This document shows, one piece after another, positions 1 to 8,150 of a stretch of DNA of 57,935 nucleotides. Numbering within the stretch: the stretch's first letter is position 1; each line of letters begins with the position of its first letter. The notes under the pieces were generated by a model, which was not told the origin of the DNA, made no database searches, and saw nothing but the letters and a program-made list of their open reading frames with translations. Position numbers and translations under genes: made by a program. The DNA comes from an uncultured Planctomycetales bacterium. GTDB taxonomy: Bacteria > Omnitrophota > Gorgyraeia > Zapsychrales > Fredricksoniimonadaceae. The stretch lies in the NCBI GenBank assembly GCA_964520655.1, contig CAZFNI010000002.1, forward strand, positions 1 to 57,935. The letters are read 5' to 3'.

Positions 1-52
<52 letters not shown>

Positions 53-103
53 AAATAACTTGGCTTTTTATAAACTTGGCTGTACTTCTTTTTTGGACAA
101 CAT

Positions 104-115
104 TTGTCAAAGAAC
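104..115 (-). promoter_or_regulatory. boxA-like antitermination element in the rRNA leader
   Basis: The minus strand reads GTTCTTTGACAA, a 10/12 match to the classical rrn boxA core GCTCTTTAACAA. It lies between the promoters and the 16S 5' end. Confidence 0.4.
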
Positions 116-172
116 GTTACAAAATATTTCCGAAGCTTTTCGCTTTGGATTCAACCTAGATTTTGGTAAAAC

Positions 173-220
173 CAAAATTTGAGGTTCAATAAGAATACCA
201 GATAAAACTTTTATGTCAAC
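173..220 (-). repeat. rRNA promoter module, copy 1 (proximal) of a ~48-nt direct repeat
   Basis: The sequence caaaatttgaggttcaataagaataccagataaaacttttatgtcaac recurs about 105 nt further on (278-324) with only a few substitutions or indels. Confidence 0.85.
192..219 (-). promoter_or_regulatory. Candidate sigma70-type rRNA promoter (proximal)
   Basis: On the minus strand there is TTGACA (219-214), a 16-nt spacer and TATTCT (197-192), upstream of the 16S 5' end. Confidence 0.5.
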
Positions 221-277
221 TTTTAATTATTTATTTATTGCGCGATACTTTTGATCAACTTGATTGCAGTGCGAATC

Positions 278-324
278 AAAATTGAAGTTCAATAAGAATA
301 CCAGATAAACTTTTAGTGTCAAGT
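278..324 (-). repeat. rRNA promoter module, copy 2 (distal) of the direct repeat
   Basis: The sequence tcaaaattgaagttcaataagaataccagataaacttttagtgtcaag is about 90% identical by eye to 173-220. Confidence 0.85.
296..323 (-). promoter_or_regulatory. Candidate sigma70-type rRNA promoter (distal)
   Basis: On the minus strand there is TTGACA (323-318), a 16-nt spacer and TATTCT (301-296). The architecture is identical to the proximal copy. Confidence 0.5.
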
Positions 325-335
325 ATTTTTTTAAA

Positions 336-1244
336 CTATTTTTTCAGAAGACGTGAAATATTGCCTCCACAGAGACTTATTCTGTCTTCCGTCGACAAAA
401 CATGCGAACTAACCGCGCTCAAAGAACCAGAAAGATTTTGATTGGCTGGAAAATCACTCCCCCAACAAATATGATCAATATTAACAACCTCTAACGCCGC
501 GCTCAGCGAAGCTGTCGATCGCGATCCACTCATATCCACATACAAGTTCTTAAAATAGTCCGATGGAGCCTTCCCCAAATCCTTGACAAAATTACGCTTG
601 CGCAGCATGGCATAGGTGGAATCAAAACGCTCTTTGACCAAAGGCAGCACACCGCCATAATGAGCAAAAATGAAATCAACTTCAGGAAACCGGCTAAAAA
701 CTCCGGACATCATCATTTTGCCAATGCATATGCTCACATCAAAGACATACTCAAGCACAGGGGTCAGTAAAGGATCGTTAACCCGTTCAATACCAATAGG
801 ATTGAGAATTTGAGAGTGCACATGGATAGGTATCCGGTGCTTTTGGGCAAATTCAAATACGGGATCAAAAAGCGGACTATCCAGATAAATCCCTTCATAA
901 CTGGAAGCAAGGGATAATATCTCAAGCCCAAGATCACGAATACGGCTCAATTCTGAAGGCATCGCCTCCGGCTTATCAACCGGGAGAATGCCACCCCCGA
1001 TAAATCGCCCATTGGAATTCTTGACTATATCAGCGATCTTCTGATTATAGATCCCGCACACAAAAGACCATCCGCCCATCTGCAGGTGCGCATCTGTCGT
1101 CGGGTATAACAACACCGCCTGATCCACCCCATATTCATCCATCACCTTAAGATGAGCATCCGCATCCGACCAAAACTGCTTAAAGAAAGCCGTATGTTGG
1201 GCTATCTCTGGCGGGATATAATGACTGTGAGCATCGATGACCAT
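336..1244 (-). CDS. Amidohydrolase-2 family metal-dependent hydrolase/decarboxylase (ACMSD/LigW-like)
   Basis: 302-aa ORF with IDAHSH at the N-terminus, then HVHS, FAHYGG and WGSDFP motifs typical of the TIM-barrel amidohydrolase-2 family. It is the last gene of the PKS operon and abuts the SDR gene with no gap. Confidence 0.75.
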   Translation of the reverse strand: MVIDAHSHYIPPEIAQHTAFFKQFWSDADAHLKVMDEYGVDQAVLLYPTTDAHLQMGGWSFVCGIYNQKIADIVKNSNGRFIGGGILPVDKPEAMPSELSRIRDLGLEILSLASSYEGIYLDSPLFDPVFEFAQKHRIPIHVHSQILNPIGIERVNDPLLTPVLEYVFDVSICIGKMMMSGVFSRFPEVDFIFAHYGGVLPLVKERFDSTYAMLRKRNFVKDLGKAPSDYFKNLYVDMSGSRSTASLSAALEVVNIDHICWGSDFPANQNLSGSLSAVSSHVLSTEDRISLCGGNISRLLKK

Positions 1245-2030
1245 CTATTTAGCCTGGGTTTGTTTGTAATCAATAATGGGTTTAGTCCAGGTGGTCAACT
1301 GATTAATGACCGCGAGCTCAAGCGGATTAGCATTGGCTGGCGCGGAAAGCGCGAATGTGACCATGTCCGCAACATCACTTGGATTCATCAGCCTGTCGCG
1401 CTGTTCTTTGGCCACATCTTTCAAATGGTCGGTCAGATCAGAATTAACCACCCCCGGAAGCAGCGAAGTGACTTTAATATTGTATTCTCTCATTTCCCAG
1501 AATAAGCCTTTTAAGAATGCACGCAGCCCCATTTTCAATGAACTGTATGTGAGAAATCCCCGAGGTATTGGATCAACAAGGGTTGAACCCGAGACCACAT
1601 TGATCAAATGACCGTCCTTACGCGCCACCATGTCCGGAATAACCAGACGGATCAAACGCACATAACCTAAATAATTGACATGAGCCAACATTTCAAAATC
1701 TTCGATCGGCTGTTCGTGAAAAGGATATTGACTAGAAACTCCAGCCACATTGATCAAAATATCGATCTGTCCAAAATTCTTTTTACCTTGCTCAACTAAA
1801 TTCTTTAAGTCTTCTAGCTTGGCCACATCGCAGGACACCCCGACCGCATTGATGCCGTATTTTTTCCTTAACTCATTGACCGTTTCATCCAGCGGACCTT
1901 GTTTGCGCGCCGCCAAGATCAAATTAGCGCCGTGTTCTGCCATACGCGTGGCGATCGCGCGGCCGATACCCCGGCTAGCCCCCGTGATCATGGCTGTTTT
2001 GCCCTTGAGATTAACTGTCGCATTGGCCAT
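1245..2030 (-). CDS. SDR-family oxidoreductase (candidate polyketide ketoreductase)
   Basis: 261 aa. Carries the TGASRGIGRAIA dinucleotide-binding motif, NVAG, and the YSSLK catalytic Tyr-x3-Lys. Confidence 0.85.
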   Translation of the reverse strand: MANATVNLKGKTAMITGASRGIGRAIATRMAEHGANLILAARKQGPLDETVNELRKKYGINAVGVSCDVAKLEDLKNLVEQGKKNFGQIDILINVAGVSSQYPFHEQPIEDFEMLAHVNYLGYVRLIRLVIPDMVARKDGHLINVVSGSTLVDPIPRGFLTYSSLKMGLRAFLKGLFWEMREYNIKVTSLLPGVVNSDLTDHLKDVAKEQRDRLMNPSDVADMVTFALSAPANANPLELAVINQLTTWTKPIIDYKQTQAK

Positions 2031-3191
2031 CTAAATATCCTTTCGTTGAACACTCATTTGAGACACTAATATTAACAATAAACCCATCAAAAATCCAATG
2101 ATCAAAAAGGTCAAACCAAAATTCTTCTGAACAAAATTACCGCTGATCCAGAAACCAATGCCGCCGCTAAAAAAACGCACCGCAGAATTAAGCGCAGCCA
2201 GCTCAGCCCGATACGTCGCCGAGAAATCCGTGAGAATGGTGGATATGCCATTGTGGGCGATCGTCCACCCGATCGAGATCATCGACAAAACACTTGTTAA
2301 CACAATAATTTGATAATGCCCATACAGTGCCATGATCGAGAAACTCACAATGGTTATGCCGATATAACACGCTTTGATACGTCCTACTTTATCGGAAATA
2401 AATCCCCCCAAGATCTGCCCTAATGATCCAGCGATCGATGTGACAATAATAATGAAGCTGATCATTTTTTGATCAAGACCGTAAACAGAATCCAAAAAAA
2501 CCCCGTACCACTTGCACACACCATGAAAGAACATGCTCATGAAAAAGATTAACACAAGTATCCGCCTCAAACCGCCGATACGCAGCGCGTCTTGATAATT
2601 GATCCTAATATGCGGATTGGATTCCATCCCATTCTTGGGACCCAAGATAAAACCGACCGCTACTAACATTCCTAAAATAGAAGGAACAATGAACAACCAA
2701 TGCCAGGAAGCGAATTCGCTGACGATCAACCCTAAAGTCGAACCAAAAAATGAAGCCCCAAAGAATAATCCTATGACCCTTCCATGAACTTTTTTCTCAA
2801 AGACCTTACCTAACGTCATCAACGCCATTGGTGTCACCGCGGCTGCCGCAACCCCAGCGATCACACGCCCCGCTAAAATAATACCTATATCATCAGACCA
2901 AAGACAGATCCAGCTCCCTAAGGCAAACAATACGCTGGAAACGATCATGATCATACGAACAGAATGTTTCGTGGCTAAATGCGCATAATACAACGCACAG
3001 AGTCCATAAGGGATCATATAAAACGAGATCATTGCTGCTACATCGCCTGCCGGCTTGTTCAAAGAACGGGCGATCGTCGGGATCGTGGCGATCAACGCCG
3101 AGATATTATAAGCGACCAGTATTCCTGACAGGCAAAACAACAGGAGGATATGCCGGCGATAACTATTTTTTGGCATGTGCTTGTGCTTCAA
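2031..3191 (-). CDS. MFS transporter (candidate exporter)
   Basis: 386 aa, hydrophobic throughout with about 12 helices. Has the MFS motif-A-like GGFISDKVGRIK. An alternative start (MPKNSYRR) lies at 3176. Confidence 0.8.
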   Translation of the reverse strand: MKHKHMPKNSYRRHILLLFCLSGILVAYNISALIATIPTIARSLNKPAGDVAAMISFYMIPYGLCALYYAHLATKHSVRMIMIVSSVLFALGSWICLWSDDIGIILAGRVIAGVAAAAVTPMALMTLGKVFEKKVHGRVIGLFFGASFFGSTLGLIVSEFASWHWLFIVPSILGMLVAVGFILGPKNGMESNPHIRINYQDALRIGGLRRILVLIFFMSMFFHGVCKWYGVFLDSVYGLDQKMISFIIIVTSIAGSLGQILGGFISDKVGRIKACYIGITIVSFSIMALYGHYQIIVLTSVLSMISIGWTIAHNGISTILTDFSATYRAELAALNSAVRFFSGGIGFWISGNFVQKNFGLTFLIIGFLMGLLLILVSQMSVQRKDI

Positions 3192-3612
3192 TGACTTTCT
3201 TAAATATCTTCATGTTATGCTGGGAGTGCTCGTTGACAAAACCCTCGATCTGCGCTGCCGTAAATTTCGTGAACTTAGGATCAAGCTCAAAATCCTGTAT
3301 CCAGGTCATTTTGATCCCGTCTTCCTGTGCCGTATACAGCCACATGATCTTCATATACTTAAAAGGGAAAAGCGGATCATGACGCTGGGCATAAGCAAAG
3401 TTCAATTCCTTAAATAACCAGCGTTTGGACACCCATGATTTACCCTCTTCATCCGTTAAACGAAAGGTGATCTCATTGCCCTTGCGCTCCAAGACATCCG
3501 CCTTGGCATATTCATCGCCAAATAATTCCGTCCAGCGTTCGATCTTATTAGAAATATCAAAAACCAGCTCGTAAGGAGCAGTGATAACAATCGAATTGAC
3601 CGTGTGTCCCAT
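3163..3612 (-). CDS. TcmN-type polyketide aromatase/cyclase (SRPBCC fold, mono-domain ARO/CYC)
   Basis: 149 aa. NSIVITAPYELVFDISNKIERWTELF, FKYMKIMWLYT, MTWIQDFELDP and HNMKIFKKVIE closely track the conserved blocks of TcmN-like ARO/CYC domains as I recall them. A strong SD (AAAGGAG) lies 6 nt before the ATG. Confidence 0.8.
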   Translation of the reverse strand: MGHTVNSIVITAPYELVFDISNKIERWTELFGDEYAKADVLERKGNEITFRLTDEEGKSWVSKRWLFKELNFAYAQRHDPLFPFKYMKIMWLYTAQEDGIKMTWIQDFELDPKFTKFTAAQIEGFVNEHSQHNMKIFKKVIEAQAHAKK

Positions 3613-3626
3613 AAAATTCTCCTTTA

Positions 3627-3699
3627 AAAAATAGGGGACAGCGCCCTATTTTTGCACTTTATTGATTGTCTCAAAATTAGGGTGCTGTCCCCTATTTTT
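3627..3699. repeat. Pair of palindromic terminator-like hairpin elements in inverted orientation
   Basis: 3627-3653 reads aaaaataggggacagcgccctattttt. The reverse complement of 3673-3699 reads aaaaataggggacagcaccctaatttt, a 25/27 match. Each copy can itself fold into a 10-bp stem (aaaaataggg/ccctattttt) with a 7-nt loop, flanked by A- and T-tracts. Confidence 0.8.
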
Positions 3700-3706
3700 A
3701 CCCCCA

Positions 3707-4096
3707 TTATTTCATTGTGATGTTGTCATTTTTCTTACGACTGTTTATATACTTTACACAAAATGCATAAGATAACCGAACAGGAATAAAGATCAAACAC
3801 CATATAATAGTTGGTAAAATTGAAGGATAAAACCCTTCTCTCATATAACGGGAATAACTCCATGCTGGGCTCTTTCCTGGAACAGGCATAGACAGACACA
3901 AAATAAAAAAGAAATGCCAAACCCACACCAACATCAAAGAAAAAGACACAATATTAGTACAGATATTCACTGATTGTGCAGAAAGTTTGCTTTTAAATAT
4001 TTTTACTACTAAGAAGCGAACTACCCAATAAAGCAAGATTGGTATCAATAAAAACACTATCAATATATAAAGAATTGGGTGCAAGAAAAAAAACAT
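3707..4096 (-). CDS. Hypothetical small integral membrane protein (about 4 TM), compositionally atypical
   Basis: The ORF track gives 3707-4132. I prefer the ATG at 4096 (MFFFLHPILY...) because AGGAG lies 5 nt upstream and it avoids overlapping the cyclase gene. The segment is AT-rich and I recognise no family motif. Confidence 0.5.
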   Translation of the reverse strand: MFFFLHPILYILIVFLLIPILLYWVVRFLVVKIFKSKLSAQSVNICTNIVSFSLMLVWVWHFFFILCLSMPVPGKSPAWSYSRYMREGFYPSILPTIIWCLIFIPVRLSYAFCVKYINSRKKNDNITMK

Positions 4097-4104
4097 CAAC
4101 GCTC

Positions 4105-4950
4105 CTAGATGATCACGACCACACGACTCCACCCTGCCCCAGCATTTCTAACTTTGACAGGTAGACAACTAACGGTAAACCCATAAGGCTTAGGTATCGC
4201 TCCCAAATTACCCAGACGCTCCATGTGGCAATATTCACGGCGTCTACCAAGAAAATGACACGGCCAAATCTTACTTTTATCTTTCGTTGTTAAGAATTCC
4301 TTAAACATCAGAAAACAAGGTCGATCAAGCCCAATTGTGTCAATCCCCATCATTTTGATCCCTTGATCCAACAAATACTCAACCGCATCGATCTGCATCC
4401 CGACATATTTATTCACATAATCATCCGTACCCAATAATTTATCGCCGCCGGTATAGATCAACACGATATCCATTGGTTTTAAGGTATATTTAATCTTTTT
4501 GAGAGCTTCAACAACATGCCCCTTATTGATCGCATCAGGAAACTTAAGATGAGTGAAGTCAAGCACAACACCCGGACCATAACACCATTCCAATGGCACA
4601 TCCATGATCTGTTTGGCAGGTTTGCCCTCGCAGGTCGAACCATAATGGAACGGGGCATCTACGTGTGACCCCATATGGACGGAAGAATTAACGATCTCAA
4701 GTGACAGCATCTCCCCCTCTGGGATCTCCTGTGCTGTTGCCACCCGCTCGCCTTTGTCAAAACGCTCCTGACCGCCCGGCTGCTTGGACATGACAACCCA
4801 ATTAAAGTGCTCAACCCCAGCTTTGTGCGTGATCCGCTCTATCGTTGCCGCATGGGTTTCGACCAAACTATCATCTATGGGAAGACTTAAGTCAATGATC
4901 TTCATATCAGTGTTTACATCCACACGAATGGCTGCCGCATCCGCCGTCAC
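4105..4950 (-). CDS. Cyclase-family protein (PF04199 'putative cyclase' / kynurenine-formamidase fold)
   Basis: HMGSHVDAPFHY matches the HxGTHxDxPxH metal-binding signature of this family. The 4950 start is GTG. An ATG start at 4905 (MKIIDLSLPID) would remove the overlap with the ACP tail. Confidence 0.75.
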   Translation of the reverse strand: MTADAAAIRVDVNTDMKIIDLSLPIDDSLVETHAATIERITHKAGVEHFNWVVMSKQPGGQERFDKGERVATAQEIPEGEMLSLEIVNSSVHMGSHVDAPFHYGSTCEGKPAKQIMDVPLEWCYGPGVVLDFTHLKFPDAINKGHVVEALKKIKYTLKPMDIVLIYTGGDKLLGTDDYVNKYVGMQIDAVEYLLDQGIKMMGIDTIGLDRPCFLMFKEFLTTKDKSKIWPCHFLGRRREYCHMERLGNLGAIPKPYGFTVSCLPVKVRNAGAGWSRVVVII

Positions 4951-5191
4951 CTGTTTTTGATTTAAGCAAAGCGACGATCGCGTTTAAGGAATGAGATTTC
5001 TTTAATTCATTATCTTTTAGAGCAACCCCTAATTCCTTCTTGATCGCAACGGATATTTCGACCATTTCTGTCGAATCAACATCCAAAGACTCTTCCAGAG
5101 AAGCATCAACAATGATCTCACTGTCTTTAACGTCCAACACCTTCTTTAGAATACCTTTAACCTTTGTTTCCAACTCTGCTTGTGTTTGCAT
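4907..5191 (-). CDS. Acyl carrier protein (type II PKS ACP) with an unusual Cys/His-rich C-terminal tail
   Basis: SLDVDSTEMVEISVAI contains the phosphopantetheine-Ser (DS) motif. The likely start is MQTQAELE at 5191, with AAAGGA upstream. The core four-helix length is followed by GDGGCGSHSCGCKH. Confidence 0.85.
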   Translation of the reverse strand: MQTQAELETKVKGILKKVLDVKDSEIIVDASLEESLDVDSTEMVEISVAIKKELGVALKDNELKKSHSLNAIVALLKSKTGDGGCGSHSCGCKH

Positions 5192-5196
5192 AACCA

Positions 5197-6429
5197 CTAT
5201 CCTTTCTGTAACACCATCACACAATTGATACCGCCTCGTCCGCGGTTAATGATCAATGCATTCTTTATTGGACGTTCCACGGGATGAGCCTTAATGATAT
5301 TGAGATCACATTGAGGGTCAATATTATCCACATTGATCGTCGGAGGAATAACGCCGTGTTCCATTGCCAGCACAGTCGTGATCACATCCAGTACCCCGCA
5401 CGCGCCCAGCATATTACCGTAAATAGATTTAGGCGCCGACACCGGCACCTTTAAGGCATATTGACCAAAAGCTTTTTTAATCGCTTTGACCTCACTGATA
5501 TCGCCGTCTTTCGTGGCCGCACCATCTGCACAAATGTAATCGATATTCTCTGGAGACAGCCCCGCATCCTTTAACGCTAACTCGATCGCCCTAGCCAATT
5601 CTTGCCCATCATTCGCTGGATCAATACGGTTGACCGCATCAGTTGTTGAGGCAACGCCGACGATATTGGCATAGACGTTAGCTTTCCTTTTGTCAACGCG
5701 AGAATGAGGCTCAAGCGTCAATACTCCAGCCCCTTCAGCGATCACTAAACCGTCTCGATCACGATCAAAAGGACGATACGCTTGGGCCGGCCGATCATTC
5801 TGACGACTTAAGACCCCCGATGTATTCGCACACAACAAGGCATACGGCGTCACCGGAGCTTCCATACCGCCGGCTAAAATAAAATCACATTTCCCCCGAT
5901 TGATCGTTTGTGCCGCATAACCGATCGCCATCAAAGAACTGGCCCGGTCAGAGACGATCGTCTTGCTAAAACCCTTGATCCCATAATGGATGGAGATCTG
6001 CCCTTGAGGAGCCGCTGGGAACCATGCAGATGCCATAAAGGGACTAACCCCCTCGCGTCCCTCCAAATACATATCACGCAGCTCCGTCTCCGCGTACAAC
6101 CAGCCGCCTAATGCATTGCCCATGAAAATACCGACACGTTTTAGATCTTCCTGGGATAGATTGATCTTAGCATCTTCCAAACACATTTCGGAAGCCACAA
6201 GGGCCATGTGCGAGAATAGGTCGATCTTCTTTAAAAGTCTTGAGGAAACATTACTGTACGCATCCAGCTCTTTAACGTGCCCGGCGATACGGGAAGGATA
6301 AAGCGAGGCATCAAAACGCTCTATTTTCTCTACCGCGCTTCGTCCTGATTTAATATTTGCCCAGAAAACACGTTTATCAATGCCACTAGGAGATATAACA
6401 CCTAAACCTGTGATCGCGATCGGTTGCAT
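5197..6429 (-). CDS. Ketosynthase beta / chain-length-factor-like subunit (catalytically inactive KS homologue)
   Basis: 410 aa, KS fold, collinear with KSalpha. VSDRASSLMA replaces STGCTAGTDS (no Cys). TDAVNRID replaces CNAYHMTD, and CADGAAT replaces SAHGSST (no His). It starts 4 nt after the KSalpha stop. Confidence 0.85.
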   Translation of the reverse strand: MQPIAITGLGVISPSGIDKRVFWANIKSGRSAVEKIERFDASLYPSRIAGHVKELDAYSNVSSRLLKKIDLFSHMALVASEMCLEDAKINLSQEDLKRVGIFMGNALGGWLYAETELRDMYLEGREGVSPFMASAWFPAAPQGQISIHYGIKGFSKTIVSDRASSLMAIGYAAQTINRGKCDFILAGGMEAPVTPYALLCANTSGVLSRQNDRPAQAYRPFDRDRDGLVIAEGAGVLTLEPHSRVDKRKANVYANIVGVASTTDAVNRIDPANDGQELARAIELALKDAGLSPENIDYICADGAATKDGDISEVKAIKKAFGQYALKVPVSAPKSIYGNMLGACGVLDVITTVLAMEHGVIPPTINVDNIDPQCDLNIIKAHPVERPIKNALIINRGRGGINCVMVLQKG

Positions 6430-6433
6430 AAAT

Positions 6434-7699
6434 TTAACCCTTATATCGTTTTAAGACCATCGCGGAATGTATTCCTGAAAAACCGCTCGATGTCTTTAAA
6501 ATACAGTTAACTTTTTTTGATAACGCTTGATTCGGGATATAATTAAGATCACACAATGGATCCGGCTCCTCCTGATTGATCGTCGGCGGCAAAATATTCC
6601 GCTCAAACATCAAGGAACTCAATGCCAACTCAATACCATTGGCCCCTGCCAAAGGATGACCGATCATGGATTTGACCGATGAGATAGGGATATTATAGGC
6701 TTGCTTGCCCAGAGCCATTTTATAGGCACTGGTTTCGAACACATCGTTCTGACGCGTTGATGATCCGTGCGCGCTGATATAATCGATCTCTTCCGCCTTG
6801 ATCCCAGCATCATCCATGGCTAGCGTAATGCTGTCCGCCATAGCATCACCTTCAGGCGGTAGGTCTGTCATATGATACGCATTGCAGGTCGTGCCAAAGC
6901 CAACCACTTCACAATAAATGCGCGCCCCGCGTTTTAAGGCATGCTCTAATTCTTCGCAGATCAAGATCCCTGCCCCTTCTGAGATCACAAATCCATTGCG
7001 TTTATTATCAAAGGGCCTGCTGGCTTTGGCAGGTTCGTCATTGTGAACAGAAAGCACATTGACTGTATCGAATGCACCAAAAGTGATCGGCGTGATCGGC
7101 GCTTCCGAAGCTCCACACACCATCACATCCGCGTCACCGTCTGCGATCGTCTCGAAGGCAAAACCAACTGAATCCGTTCCCGCCGTACAGCCCGTTGATA
7201 TGGTATTACAGACCGCTTTCAGTCCATATTTGGCCGATATCTCTGAGGAAGGCGTATTAAACATCGCCGCATCATACAAATCTGGCCGTACGATCGCTGG
7301 ATTAATGGGATTTTTACCGCTATCCGTCACCAACGCAAATTCTTCTTCCATGTATTTTGTGCCGCAGATCGCGTTCGCCAGCGAAACTCCCATTCGTTTA
7401 AGATCCACTTGCTGCAAATTAAGTCTCGAATCTTCCAAGGCCATGCGCGCAGCGACCATGGCGAACTGAACGTATCGATCCATGCGCATCGCCTCTTCAA
7501 AGGTCAAGCCTAAAGCAATGGGATCAAAATCAGAAACTTGAGCAGCGATCTTTGTATTAAAGATCGAGACATCAAACTCTGTGACCCTCCGTATAGCACT
7601 GACTCCTTTGATCATCGCGGAGAAACAGGCATCATTGCCAATACCGTTAGGCGCGATGATCCCAACCCCAGTAACCACAACCCGTCGCTTTTTTTGCAT
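6434..7699 (-). CDS. Type II PKS ketosynthase alpha
   Basis: 421 aa. Has the active-site ISTGCTAGTDSV (type II PKS-style STGC), plus the AYHMT and AHGSST histidines and GFSGIHSAMV near the C-terminus. Confidence 0.9.
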   Translation of the reverse strand: MQKKRRVVVTGVGIIAPNGIGNDACFSAMIKGVSAIRRVTEFDVSIFNTKIAAQVSDFDPIALGLTFEEAMRMDRYVQFAMVAARMALEDSRLNLQQVDLKRMGVSLANAICGTKYMEEEFALVTDSGKNPINPAIVRPDLYDAAMFNTPSSEISAKYGLKAVCNTISTGCTAGTDSVGFAFETIADGDADVMVCGASEAPITPITFGAFDTVNVLSVHNDEPAKASRPFDNKRNGFVISEGAGILICEELEHALKRGARIYCEVVGFGTTCNAYHMTDLPPEGDAMADSITLAMDDAGIKAEEIDYISAHGSSTRQNDVFETSAYKMALGKQAYNIPISSVKSMIGHPLAGANGIELALSSLMFERNILPPTINQEEPDPLCDLNYIPNQALSKKVNCILKTSSGFSGIHSAMVLKRYKG

Positions 7700-7718
7700 A
7701 AATTAACCTTTAGTCTAT

Positions 7719-8150
7719 TTATCCTCTGATCGTCTCGTCCACAAGATTGTTATGACTGGCGATCACGACCCATTTATCACCGGATTTTTTCCAAGTCATC
7801 GTGTAGCGACGGATAACGCGTTTACCGCCTTCGCTGTTGATCTCAACCGTAAAAATGAAATATTGCAGGATAGCGATATCCCCGTGCAATTTGATCTGTA
7901 TAGGACGCAGTTCACAGATCGCGATGTTCGTCGACTTTGTCCAAAAACCAACCCATTTCCCCAACCAAGGCTTATCGACCGGCAAAGGACTTTCATGCCC
8001 GTAGCCGATCATGTCTGGATGGATATATTCCAGGAATTGTTCCACCCGTTTATTGATCAAATGATCCCAATGGGTCTCTAAACATCCCCAAATTTCTTTT
8101 TCTGTCTTTCCCCAATGTTCCGGCGTCCAAGATGCTAAATTCGAACTCAT
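7719..8150 (-). CDS. NTF2-like (SnoaL/DUF4440-type) protein, candidate polyketide cyclase
   Basis: 143 aa. Its size and alpha+beta pattern (…LEYIHPDMIGYG…AILQYFIFTV…YTMTWKKSGDKWVVIASHNN) are typical of the NTF2-like superfamily. It overlaps the next gene by 4 nt. Confidence 0.55.
   Translation of the reverse strand: MSSNLASWTPEHWGKTEKEIWGCLETHWDHLINKRVEQFLEYIHPDMIGYGHESPLPVDKPWLGKWVGFWTKSTNIAICELRPIQIKLHGDIAILQYFIFTVEINSEGGKRVIRRYTMTWKKSGDKWVVIASHNNLVDETIRG

Noticed and set aside
7059-7469. Long plus-strand ORFs antisense to confidently assigned minus-strand genes. Examples are 1152-1505, 1306-1611, 7059-7469, 10829-11239, 19242-19625, 36052-36402, 48289-48711 and 57137-57514.
   Set aside because: Their translations are low-complexity or Ser/Pro/Arg-rich with no recognisable motifs. 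They lack SD sequences, and they lie opposite genes with strong family signatures. They are best explained as codon-bias shadows.
5197-7699. KS pair as fatty-acid synthase (FabF/FabB) or an aryl-polyene KS/CLF pair.
   Set aside because: The locus has no FabD/G/Z/I. The KSalpha has the STGC motif style of type II PKSs. A TcmN-type ARO/CYC and two further cyclase-type genes are co-operonic, whereas aryl-polyene loci typically carry DH/KR, LolA-like and acyl/glycosyl-transferase genes instead. A phylogeny is still needed to confirm this.
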